From: Azolla caroliniana
Taxonomy: Eukaryota; Plantae; Polypodiophyta
Reading direction: 5' to 3'
Assembly: GCA_043228905.1 (NCBI GenBank)
Contig: JBHGNT010000005.1
Span: 3,162,001 to 3,226,000 of the forward strand
Length of the DNA stretch: 64,000 nucleotides
The first letter of the stretch is position 1, and each line of letters opens with the position of its first letter. Positions 38,251-51,559 of the stretch are shown piece after piece. The position numbers and the translations under genes were made by a program. The notes beneath the pieces are model-generated. The model saw only the letters and a list, made by a program, of their open reading frames with translations. It searched no databases and was not told the DNA's origin.

Positions 38251-41200
38251 CCCTCTATTTTATGAGCTTGAACAACAAGATTATACATTATGCATGTTGG
38301 TGCTGGGATGGTAAGGCAACGTTTTACCAAGAAAGCAAACCTGTCTAGGCTCAAGGACCTGATACCTAGAGCTTAGGTTTCAGGTAACCCCTTGTGTTTT
38401 AAATACCATCAAAATATAGCTCATAAAGTTGGTTTATCCTTGAGGATTCCAATTATTTTGAATAGCTTGCACAATATTTTCTTTGAGGGCATGATGTAAT
38501 TATGTTCCTTATTATTCTCAATAATACAGCATCATCTAGTATTTTGGTCCAAAAATGCATCTAATTAAGATGCCTCATGTTCTAATTCAATGTTTATTAA
38601 TTATTTTGAATACAATTTCAGTATTTTGATTAAAGAATCAAGATGCTTTATTGGGCAGCGATTTTAAGGAGAAACTACTTTCATTTAGTGATTGAATTCA
38701 GAGCAATACAATTTCGTCTAGTATACATGAGGAATGGGCTCTTATTTCATGATAATCGCCATGGAGTACCATACTAGCTAGTAGCCACCAAAAGCAAGAT
38801 TGATTTGGTAGTTCATGCATTGAGTTCTATAGGTCCTTTATACCTAGATAATATATATTGTAAGGAATGGCTTTTATGTCAGCCAGTCTTACAACACCTT
38901 CAAAGGGTTTACCTTACTGATTAAGATCCTAATGATTGTCATAGGTTGGACAACGGGTTTTTGGAAAGAAGGGATCCCAGCAGATACTGTTCACCATATG
39001 TCATAAGATATTGGACCTTGATTCTCCTTGGAATCTTCCGATTAATTGTCACCCATGACTTTTTGCTTGTCAAAAGACTTCTCAATCTTAAATTAATATG
39101 AGTTGCATCAAGTTTGTTATATATGTGTAGATTCATATTGATTAATACCCAATTTGGAACAAGCATTCATCAAAATTTCACCATGGCCGTTGCTCCATTA
39201 CAATTCTTCATCCCCCTCCTTGTCTGACCTTGTTTCGTAAGTTACAACCATTGCAACAAGACTAGCTGGAGACCAGCCTCCAGCTCCTGCAAGAAAGACG
39301 AACGGCACCACTTATCATCACGTTATGCAGTCCCATCATGGCTCTTCATGAGCCAGCCAGTACCAAATCATGTCCCACGAAAGTTGATCTCATGAATCAG
39401 CTTGGTATGAGAAGGTACATAACGACTAGTTCACTAATTTGACATGTTTTACAGGCCTTTTACATACAATCTAGCTAGCAAATCCTGCATGATGTGACTT
39501 CATTAAATTTGCATGGTTCCCACGAATTACTTGCATACTTACAAGGTGACTTGCCATTCATCCAAACACCAGCTGCTAACATCATATTATGTGCAGCTCA
39601 CTAAGGGATGGCCCCATGGCGAGGAGTGCATCCAGCACGGTAGTCACGTATGGCTGAGAAATATCGAACGCTCCGAGGGCAGACCATGGCATTACGGGAC
39701 ACGAACAACATGGAATGTGAAGGAACTCCATGGCCACGTGGATTAGCCTAGCCTCCTTTACCAGAGGATCAGCTTCCAGTTGAGACAATTCCAATGTTGG
39801 TAGGGGAGAGTGCCAATTCTTAGTACCTTCCCGTTGTGTGATTAAGGCCCAAGGGTGGCATTATCCCTCCATCTTCTTCTAGTAATTTGGCATCAGCAAG
39901 ACCACTTTGAGACATTTGTTCTTCCTCTACAACTGTGGCGGAGCCCCCATATAATATTAGTGGGAGCGCGAAGGTGTAGGGAGACCCTGCAAGATCATTA
40001 TTATTACTACTACGAATGTATCCCTTCACATTACGTAATAAAGCTGCTTCTTCTTCCTCCATGTAATCAATCCCAGCCTTATTTTCTTCGTCTTGTATAC
40101 TTGCTTGTTGATTATTATTTCATATATATGTGTGTGTCTGTGTTTGTGTTGTGCTTTATACCGATGTTCTGTATTACTTTTTTATTAGAGACAAGCTAGC
40201 AATAAATTTTTGGGATGCCCCTAACACATGTTTGTGTACACGCTTGGCAATTCATGCGTTATGCGTTATGTTTCTTTTTCCCTTCTTCGTTATGCGTTTG
40301 CAAATTGCAACCCTTGTCTTTTATATTTTGAAAAATTGCTGAATTGTCCCTCCCCAAAAAAACACATTTTTTTCAATCGATACCCAAAGAATTACGAGCG
40401 TGTCCATAATAATTAATCCAATGCTCTTCTATGAAAACTTCTTTATGTAAATTTGTTGGAGTGTCAAATAACATAGTCATAGTTTGAACTTTGGCTATTC
40501 TTTCATGAATAACATAATTCTCAAAAACCTATGTATGGAATAAAGGTGCCCTGATTCACTAAAACCACAATAATGATTATTTTTAACTTGTGCCGAAATT
40601 ATTTATGACTTAGTCTGGCAAGTAAGCAAGTAACAAGCATCCATTAGAGGGACTTGTGTTGCTAGCTTTACCAACACGAGGTCTAGTCTTGATACTTTTA
40701 CAACCTTAAAGGGGTGGATTAGTTATTTTCCAATCTCTTGTGCAAGGAGGCAAGTTCTATGTCATCAACTGATTGAAACTTGGATATGATCTCTCTCCAT
40801 TGTGGAACATGAAAGTGTAAACAATTGAAGGAAAAATAATGGAAAATGTAACATTACTGAAGCACAAATGAGGTTGAATTTACGATTGCTCTCATGATAT
40901 TAATGATTTAAATATGCACAAGTTGAAAGACTAACGGTAAGGTGTCAAAAGAAGCATGAGTATATGCAATGGTAGAAAAATTAAATGCTTGGTTCTTAAA
41001 AAAAAAAAAATGTTATGGGGTTAAAGTATGGACCCTAGCATTCCTTGTAGCATCCCTAAGTCCACTTGCAAAGAGTTGGAAAATGTCCAAAAGCTCTCCC
41101 TTATCAAGCTTCTTCAAGTCAAGCTACAAATGTCAAGACATTCTCTTACCTCTTGAGACAAGAACCCTTCCCATTGAGATTATGGGAATGGGAAGGAATT

Positions 41201-41849
41201 TCCACAAGTACACATTTTAGATCCAAAACTCTTCACATCGAATTTCTAGGATCACATTATATTACATATTTGCTCCAAATTGTAACAAAACCATCATTTA
41301 ATAAAGCACATCTTTGTTTGCCATAATGTTTCTTCCTTATGATATAGCCCATGTTCTCTTCAATATGAGACATTGCATTAGGACACAAGTGAAGAGTCTC
41401 ATCAATCATGCGTACACATAATGTGACTTTGAACAAGATCATGAGTCAAAGTATCACACTTTAATACAACCCATTGCTTCCAGATATATTCAAGTTTCCT
41501 TTCCACACATCATCAATCAAGTCCACTCCCAACACATTTTCCTCTTACAAACCACAATGTGCACCATTAACTTTAGATGTAAAATTCTTGAACATTCATA
41601 GTCACTACTCAATTTAACATTGGCTATTGGCTATGTAAAAATGTTTGACCTTTAGTTCCATTGGTTCCACTTTGAACCTGAACGACAATAATAAAATCTC
41701 TCTTTATTTTAACCTAACATAATACACATCTTTATTTAATCTATTCTACTACATAGAACTATATATTCTAGTCATCACATGATATCGAAGTGTGAGAGCT
41801 TGTGTAACCCTTAGCATCCTTGTTTGCAAACAGTTGGCTCATACATGTC

Positions 41850-42160
41850 AACGTAGTTGACCATCACAATTAGAGTTCGGCTATGTGGTTCACACATCAA
41901 AGAGTTCACCAACAAGATGAGTATGCAAGAGACAACCTTAATAGAATTAACTACACAAGTTGGAGGTATAAAATGACACAATTCCTGGTTAGAAAAAGAT
42001 ATTTAAGTTCTATCGAAGGCGACCTTGCCACCACGCCCGGCATGACACATGTGGACTATATGGGATGACAACAAACTGCAACTTTGTCATGTATTGTCTT
42101 GCAACATGTATGCGTGAAAGGGCAACAAAAGGGTACATATCCATCAACGACTAAACCCTA
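41850..42160 (+). mobile_element. Ty1/Copia gag N-terminal remnant
   Basis: LNRINYTSWRYKMTQFLVRKRYLSSIEG fits the Copia gag pattern L.g.NY..W...M...L......ieG; interrupted downstream. Confidence 0.65.
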
Positions 42161-42672
42161 AAAATCAACCCAGTGTCTTCTCTGACCTCTGTTCACATTT
42201 ACTAGCAAGATTGTTGGAAATAAAGTATTTAGCATGTCTAGTATATTAGCATGATAAGAAGCGGCCCTTGTTTTTATACAGATATGCAAGAAATTATTCT
42301 TGGGAAAAAAGAACAGATAAACACAGAGACTGAATCAGCCAACACACAAAAAATATGAGAGATACATGACACGGGTGAGCCTCTCCCAGAAATCGGTATA
42401 TATTTTTGTGTTCTCTTGTTCCCATCATAATAGGTGAATAGACAATCATGTCAAATAAATTCTAATATTTTATATGGAGGTACTAAGACTCATTTCAATG
42501 GCGACTACAAAAAGAGTATGTTAGCACCTGCATTCTCAACAGCAAGAACAAGGTAAATTTATCCAGCATCACTCATAAAGAGTGCCCATTGAATGAACGG
42601 AACTCTACTAGAAAAAGTATGTGTGTTGAAATAATAATTACGATATAATAATAAAAATTGTGACATGAGAAT

Positions 42673-45600
42673 TTATGTATTGGTAGACTTTACAGTATGG
42701 GGGGGAGTCCCAGCTAACCATCCCCACACTCCCCCTGAGCTCTCTTTCTCCACAGTGGTGGCTGCCTCCTGATTCGCTGCAGCCATTTGACGACGCAATA
42801 TTTCTACTTCCTTCTGCAATGCATCCATTGAATGAAGTTTCTGGTGTAGTTCTGCAAGATCAACCTGTGTAATAAAAGTAGATATTTTGCCAAGATGTGT
42901 TAAAATCGAGCCACTATCTATCTGTCAAAAGATCCTCTATATAGAATGTTTAAAGACAGTAATTTACAACGTGGCTCATTTATGACATGGGAAAATACAA
43001 AGATGTGGACGTCTAGGATTTTAGAAAAGCACCGATGTGATGATAAATCATCAGACATCCGCTCTCATTGAGTCATTACATGTACTTGTATGCCGACTTT
43101 TGTGTGACAACTAAAAATCTGCAGTGGGGATATTTCAAAGTTTATAAGAAGTAATACCATATAGAGTGTTTAAAAGCCAGTACCAGACAACCAGCACGTA
43201 TATCTAATGCAACTAACAAGCTGTGCGGATTTAGGCAGCTCGTGATACCAGATGTTTTGTCAAAATGTGCACTATTTTCTGTGCAAAAGCGTATAAATAC
43301 CATACAGTGTTTCAAAGTCAGTAATAGACAACCAGGTTCTAGTATGATTCAGCCAAAAAAAAAGATGTGAGAATTTAGGAGCTCTGGATACCTCCAATCG
43401 GAAACACCTGGACTGTTCATCATCAAGTTGTCCTCGCACAGAACGCAGTTCCTGGCACAAAATATCAAGAATGAGACACTTTTCACAGTTCAAAGTCATC
43501 CAGATATCAGGCAAGCAAGGGAATTCAAAGTGTGAAACAAACCGTTGTAAGCTCTGAATTTGAGGATTGAACTGCACCAAGATCCTGTTTCAAGCGGTCA
43601 TTTTCTGCCTGTAATGTTGATAGAGTAGACTTCAGATCTCCAACATCTTTTGATGTTTGACTCTGTTAAACAAAATTTGAGCATGTTATTACGCAGAAAG
43701 ATGTGGCATCAACACATTCAATCAGTCAGTGTACTTACTACTATGGTCTTGGAATCTGGGATATCCTGTGAGTGAGTACCATTCGCAATTGGTATTTCAG
43801 GTGCAGCATAAGCAGCTTTAACAGAAGCTGCAGCTGCAGCTGCTGCAGGTGATTCGAGATATTTTGGCTGAGACTTTGCTTTCTGATTTGTTTTCATGGT
43901 ATAAACCTGTACATAACCACCTGAAGAGTCAGAAATTGTACATAGATAAAATAGGTATTTTCCCTACAAGAATGTTCAATTAGAAAAAGGCTTATGAATA
44001 TACATCATTGTTGTAATGACCATTGTAGCCACCAAAGGCAATAAGAACTTCTTCACCGTTCCCACAAGCAGACACCACACTGAGCCCCTGGGAACATAAA
44101 AAACAGCAGTTAATCAATCAATGGACACGTGCAATTAAGGCAAGCACTATTTTATCTTAAAAAAGAAAAATGTAAAAGTGCAGTTAAGAATTTAGTATAT
44201 TAGCATGTTTCATAACGTCTTCATTAGAAATATTCAGTCCTGCATTAAAATTAGGTTTGATTTTTACCTAACAGCACTAAACTGGAAAGAAATCTGAAAA
44301 TACTGCAGAACTTACTTCACTTGCAATAGGTGTTCTTCCCTCCACTGAGGTAGCTACAGACCACACAAATGTTGACATATTTAGAACCAGGGTCTCTGAA
44401 ATACCTGTCTTGACAAAGCACAAATCAGTAAATTGCTTTGGACTTTAACAGATAACATCGCCTCCAACACATGAAAGAAGAAAGCACAATTTATTTCATC
44501 AGACAGGAGCATAATAATTGCAAGTTCCTAGAATATTGCCTAACTAGATACGTAATCATTCATTCAATAGACATTTGACCTTCCATGACCACTGAATATT
44601 AAGCTGGTGTCTAAATGATGTTCTAGGAAAACTTTAAAATGCTCTCAGGAAAACATTTCACTTCCAAGAAAACAAAAAATTACTCAAAACCACTTGATCA
44701 TTCCCTCGGCAAACAATGGTTAATCTATACATTAAACTGCGACAAATGATGGGTGAATGATATACTGAATTGATTTTAGAGCTCATTACTAGTCACCCAT
44801 TTTATATAAACAGTCAAGGTATAAGACTGGGAACACACAAGTATGCCATCCACCATGAGCACTTGTGATAGAAGCCTAGTCCTGACAACAATGTGAGATG
44901 AGACTTCAAAACATGCAATCAACAAAACCATATAACCTAACAGTCGGTTGTCTTGGTAACAAAAACCTTGCTGGCAATGTATGGTCATATCAGAAATATT
45001 AGTTGGCATGCTACTGCATGATGGTATTCCATATTATTTTCCCTAATGAAAGCTGTAGATGAAATCAGAATATGAATTGACGGGAAAACTTACCACTCTT
45101 ATTGTCTCCTCCTCCAATTATGAACCAACTATCTCCTATCGTAACGCCAGCATGCCCTGCTCGAGGGGTTGGCAAAACCCCTTGAGGTTGAGGTTGGGAC
45201 CATTCCATCTGCACATCTGAGAATAGTCTCATGAGAAACAAATATGCCAGATGCATATTGAGCATATCTACTGTCTTGCAATGTTACATGGATTTGAAAT
45301 AACAATCAAGGATAAAACAGGTTCTTTCTTATAAATTAGACAATGATATCACAAAAACTACTCAAGCATTTCTGTAACATAAGATCCTCTCTAAACATAT
45401 ATAAAAGATGAATGCAAGTCACAGTGCTAAACTATCATCATTCTCTCTGTCATATCTATAAAATACAACTGAAATAAATTCATGAATGAAAAATATAGCA
45501 AAAAGGTTGAAATAAGGGAAGGTTTAGCAATCACTACTTACACTGTCAAGATCAAGTACATTAAGATCATTGAAACATGTTGAATGTGAGCCACCACCAA

Positions 45601-47123
45601 ATACAAGAAAATATCGCCCTGCTTGAACTGTTGCTGTGTGATCAGAGCGAGGTGCAGGTGGTACTCCTCTACACAGCAAATATTCTTTTTTTAATGCAGC
45701 TATCACATGAAGGCCTCCAAATAAAATAAGAAAAAATAAAAAGAAGTGATATGCATTATGCCTGATCTTAAATATGCTCAAATTCTTCAAGTTATTGTGA
45801 AAATTGTCTTACATAGCTTCAACATCTTCCCAGGTCATAGTTTCAAGATCAAGAATATTCAAGTCATTGAGAAGGCGGCGCTTTCCATCTTCTCCACCAA
45901 ACATGATTAGATTGGATCCCACTAAAGTAACTGATTGACCTCCTCGTGCTACCTATAAAATAATCCATGTTTAAGAAATAAATGCGATTAGTTACATATA
46001 GCAATTGAAATATCTGTTCACATACCGGTGCCTTCCCATATGACGTTAAAAGAGACCATGAACTTGTCTCTAAATCAAATGTACGCACTGTAACAAGAAA
46101 CGCGGTAAATTTCATGCAACCAGTGCAAAATGCATGTACATACTGCTAAATTTGTTTCACCTAAAACTGTATCAGAAGGCTCCTTGGAATGCCCAGCAAC
46201 TGCCAGAAGCTTATTGCCCCATCGAACCTGAAGGAAGGGAACTCTTAGCTTCATCGATAAAAAACAGGTACATGACTGCTGTCTACAGATTAACATATGA
46301 ACAGAGAATAAATGCTACCAGACTATGGCCAGCTAAAGGTGGCAACACATGAGAAGATTCTACTGTGGAGGAATTCTGATCCACCTTCGACCATGTGAAA
46401 GTTTTCAAGTCAAACAACTGCATAGAAACATAAGGCATAACTTATTTTTGGATACTTTATCTATCATGAAATTATATCAGTTACAGCACTTCTATAAGAA
46501 ATAAATTGCTCAATCGAGAGAGCAATCACTGCTGTGTAAAGAAGTATTACCTGCATATCATTTAGGTATCGACCATTATGATTTCCTCCAACAACATACA
46601 TTTTGTCTCCAATAATTTCTGCTGCATGCTGCCATCAGTATGCAAGGAGATTAACAAGGTTTTTTGTACGACTCCACAGTATAACAGGATAGGTCCTTTC
46701 AATACCTGGTATCGAGGTGTGGGCCTACGTCCAGATACTTTAGCAGAGACCCATACATTACGATCAGTTACCACAGCTATTCCCTCAAACAAAACGCCCT
46801 TGTCTTGTATTTCACTCAATATTCCACTTTCCAAAGTGCTAGCTTGATGTGATTGTGGCTCTGCTTGCGATGATAATGGCAATCCCACATTTAGACTTCT
46901 TTTCACATCTAACCTTGGAGATTCCTGGAGATATAATATTATCATTGTTCTTGCTAATGAGAGCATGGTGGCAGCATTAGCACACATAGACATGTAGATA
47001 AAGGTTGATTGGTTGATATATCGATATATTCAAAGTTATGACAAATATGGCTCGTTGGACGAAAATGATTCAAAACAAGCTATATACACTCTTGGACTCA
47101 CAGTTATTTACTACTTAACCCAA

Positions 47124-47162
<39 letters not shown>

Positions 47163-50100
47163 TTTAGATAAACAGGGAAACAAAGAAAGACTCTTCAATA
47201 TTTCTTAAATCTCAAATTCATCCCATGAGACAAATCATTTGTACAAAAGTGTATGTCTGCGCACTATTGCAAATCGAACGTGAGATAAGTTGTATTTGTG
47301 TCTGCAGAAGGAAAACTCGCCCTATGAGACAAATCCCTATTAGGAATGTTTTAACTCCAGGAGTGCTTACCCACCAAGTCTCTTTATTGATTGAAGAAGC
47401 ACACCTTTTTAGAACCATAAAACCTAGTCAATCTGTGACAGCAGACTCCAGATTCACTGTCTAGACATGAGGCTCAGATGGGCTCCAGGAGGCAGAAACC
47501 ATTCTCAGATATTCTGGGGGGATTAATTTCCCCTTCTTCTGATGTTCGTGTTCCTATATGCAGGAAAACGTACAAATTTTGAGCATGCGTGTACAATCCA
47601 TTGCACTCTAGGATACTGCGCCTGTGACTAGGATTTGCAGTATTTGACAAACCTGCCCATACATTTCTTTATAAATTTATTCTTTACTTATGATACATCA
47701 GAGAGATGCACAATATTGTGTGTTCTTATAAGTTCCCCATTCCTTAGAACATTATGTTTTACCTATTATAAATCCAATGAGGTGGACACTGTTATATTTC
47801 ATTTTGTGTCATATGCAAATCTTGTCTGTTGTAGAGATTATAAGATTTCTTTCTTCTTTGGCCCTTCCAAGTTCCTATCATAGAATCCGTGATTGCGTGT
47901 TATGTGCTTTTTACTACACATTTAAAATACAACCCAAATCTCTCTCATTCATTGGTACTAGATTTCTGGTTTCCAGAGATTCCATGGATCACAACCCATA
48001 TCTTACCAAAAACTGGCATCCTTCATATCATAGTTCATATATGGCAAATTACCTTCCCATATCTTATTAACACAAATGTGCCATTGTTACATGATGCCAT
48101 TGATTCATTGGGTGACACTGTCTGTAAAGATAGAATATCTTTAAAGACTATAATCTTCTGCCTTTCCAGCATGATACAATGATAATATTGTACATTGTTT
48201 GGAGGTCAGAAACATAACCTATGGAACCGAAAAAAACATTGCAAGAGGACTCCTCTCTTGCTGGGCATTACAAGAGTGTTGAGACACATGTGGCCAACGC
48301 ATGTTTCTTGCTCACTCAGCTTATGTAGAGAGCATAAATATGTGCCTAAGATGCAGAGATGGGTCCATCAACTCCTTGGAAAAGAGGGGGAACATCTATG
48401 AATATGTCTTCATCTTATTTACAAAGGTTAGAAATATCTCTTTCAACTGTGTGACTATTACTTAAGATTGGCCAGTTGCAAACAAATTGTCATTCCTGCA
48501 CGATAAGAATACTAAGAAAGAGGGGAGAATGTGCAATCATTAGCCATAGAAACTCAAAAGAGGATTAGAAACAAAATATTTCAGCAGTAAAAGTGGCTTT
48601 ACCTCTTGTTCAGCATCTTGCACTTTTGATAACCACGCTGGATCTTCCTCCTGAAATAAATTGATTCAACTTGCATTGTAGAGCTAAAATAGGATGGTAT
48701 AAAGAATTGAAGATGGAACACACACCTCTAAAATTTTTACAAACAATCTCATTGCTTCAATTGAAGACATATTTCCAAGTGCCTGCCAGCTGCAAACACA
48801 GTTTATGAAGATTATCTTAAAGATCTGTGCTAAATGAATCTGTTAAACCTAGAGCAATAGAAAGTATGAAATCCTGAGAATCACTGATTGCAGTTCAACT
48901 GTTCCAAATTTTGTGAATCAATGCCACAAATAAGGATGGGTGTGTCAAAACTGATGGATGAAATCCTATAATGTTGAAGTCATTCAAGCCTTATAAAGTC
49001 AAACTAGATCAATATCAGCTAACAAATGCTCCCTTAACGTTCACTGGCATAAATTATGTCATAACATGGTAGAGAATTGGTCATAGCACTAAAGTTATCA
49101 TAACAGAAGATAATTTGCTCTCTCTTGAGTGATCAGTATCCATATCACTTACACTGGTTATTATGTATGTCTCGTGCCTTACAAGTTACACCCATCTCTT
49201 GTATCTCTCACCATTCATGCATGTCTTATTAATCATATAAATCAACATGTTTTCTAGCTCATTCATACTGGTTGTGATTGGTTGGGATCATTCTATTAAA
49301 CCCATGTCACCAATGCCCTCATGGATCTAGGTGACCCAAATGTGCCATCTATGAATCAACATCGAATATCCAGCATTGTTGAGATGATGCCATTGAGAAA
49401 GAAAACATAAATTGAAAATTTTCCTGCTTCCACATTAAAATGGCTCATCAATCTTAAACTTTGACACAAACCTCCACCCTCTATTTGAATTTCTCCTGTC
49501 ATAAATGTTGTGCTTCTTCTGCTTAGCTAATGCATTGAGCTCATCATTCTACTACATTTTGTTTGACACAGTAAATTTAATGTGTGACAATTTTCTCTGT
49601 AGGTTTAAAGGTTCACAGAAATAACCATGTCAGCATCTTAGTTTTAGCTCAGAAGCATACGTCTTCAGATGTTTTTGAAGAATTGTCTTATCTTCACATC
49701 CATTACTATCATTAACTAGTCTGTGTGCATACCAGTTGTGACTATAACTATAATATTAACCAATGAATCCAATTATGTCAGAGGTTGACCCAATAGCTAA
49801 TAGATAACCTTCTGGTCAGCTATGAGCTACTGAGAGATAGAACATACTATCAGAAATAGTCACATACTGCATTGCAAGGATTTAAAGGCTTCCCAAAATC
49901 ATCAAAATGATACACACGATTATTATGTCTCATTGCTTAAACTTTATTCAATTTAAACCATGGCTAACCTCTTCCATTTCTCATGCTCCCGAGCATTTCG
50001 TGTGTTGGGCTTTGGGGCCTTGCAAGGTCCTATACTTGCCTGCAAATAAAACCTTACATTATGATCCACACAAATTATGACCTTGATATAAATTTACGTT

Positions 50101-51081
50101 AAAAACAAAGGAAATTTTCAAAATGCCCATTTTTTTCTTCATTTCTCCAAATTCCTCTAATCCAATCAGATCCTCAAACAGCAGTATTTTTGGGATTCAA
50201 TCAAGATGAAATATCACAACATGATTTTATGTGTATGAGACATCAGAACCAGTACACAATATATTCCACATTATGATTCAGATCTATATTTTATCAGCAA
50301 TATGAATCATAAAGGAAACATAAGTGAGATCAGATCAAGATGAAAGCAATATGGACATCAAATAAAAAAGAAAGAATTGTTCCAATTGGATCGATTGGAT
50401 CAAACGAAACCATTATGGAGATCACATAAGAAAAAACATAAACATTATCAAGATCAAAATATCTCTATTGAAATGCAAGAGCAGAAAACGTAAAAGAAAA
50501 TTATCAAGATAGGACTATGGCCAAATGCAACATTAAGATCAGATCAAAACCAAAGATTATTTGAAATTAAACCAAGATCAAATATAATTCAGGATATATC
50601 AAAATAAAAATCTTTATTTGAAATCATCTAAAAAGGAGATGCATAATTGAGATCAGATGAACATGGAAACGTTATTCAGGTTCGGATAAAGTTAAATGAA
50701 TTATTGAGACCAGATCAGATCAATCCAAAAATATTTAATGGATGGTAAGATCAGACAAAGAAAAGGTTAGATCAACAGAAAAAGAACGAAAAGACTCCAA
50801 ATCAGATCAATTCACGAAGTTCTCAGAGAATCATTCCCATAAATTGGTGAATTGTATCGAAATATACGCCTTTTTTAGAATAATTTCTCCAAAATGACAT
50901 GAGCTGGTGGGAGAGAAGCGGTTCACATTTTACACACCTGTTGATAAAGAGCGTAAAGAATGGTATTGGATTCGTCTGAGAAGCGAGGAGGAGATCTGGA
51001 AGGTGAGTTTATCAATCCAAATCCTGCGTACGAGGCTGCAGAGAGGAATCGGTCAGGGTAAGGAGGTCCACTCCGCGCCAT
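42673..51081 (-). CDS. ACBP4: Acyl-CoA-binding protein with kelch repeats and C-terminal coiled coil (class IV, ACBP4/5-like), 18 exons, ~648 aa
   Basis: Exons: 51081-50938, 50039-49969, 48789-48726, 48650-48603, 46924-46706, 46628-46551, 46417-46319, 46227-46161, 46087-46026, 45952-45813, 45668-45542, 45208-45094, 44404-44316, 44087-44004, 43906-43739, 43662-43543, 43451-43392, 42864-42673 (1947 nt). ACB domain YPDRF..AASYAG...LYALYQQA..GPC...KW..W..LGNM...EAMRLFVKILEEEDP; kelch GGNHNGRYLND, ARGGQSV, PRSDH, PRAGHAG; EQSRCFRLEV; terminal GGVWGWLAG. Confidence 0.95.
47129..47159. repeat. (CA)n intronic microsatellite
   Basis: Read directly from the sequence. Confidence 0.9.
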
Positions 51082-51559
51082 CGCTGCGGGCTGCGGGCTG
51101 CGAGCTGCGATGGCTCTGCTTCTGCTTCTGTTTCCGCAGCTTCTGAATTATGAATGTAGTTCTTCATTTATCATACACACAGACATACGTACATACATAC
51201 ATACATATACTGTATACATATGTGTGCTCTACAGGTATGTACATTTGAAAATACACCCTCCTCCGTTTCCCTTTATTTTTTGGGAATGCCCCTCCCCTGT
51301 GTTTCCTTTATTTATCTGAATGCCCCCCTCACTTTTCTTCTATTTCCCAAAAGCCCATCGTCCATCCCACCCACCCACCCGAGCTTTACCATTGTATTAT
51401 TCCTACCTGCTCTTAGATACATGTGTTCTAGGCCTACCTGTTTACCGTCGTCAACACACACCTACCCCATGCAAAAACATTATGTTATGTTCTTGGATAA
51501 ACAATCTCAATTATTTTTCCCGAAACAAATTTCAAAATTACAAGAACTTCATCAACGCA

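Noticed and set aside
47440-47560. GC-richer patch in ACBP4 intron 4 as a possible extra exon
   Set aside because: Each frame I read contains a stop, and the gene model is in frame without it.
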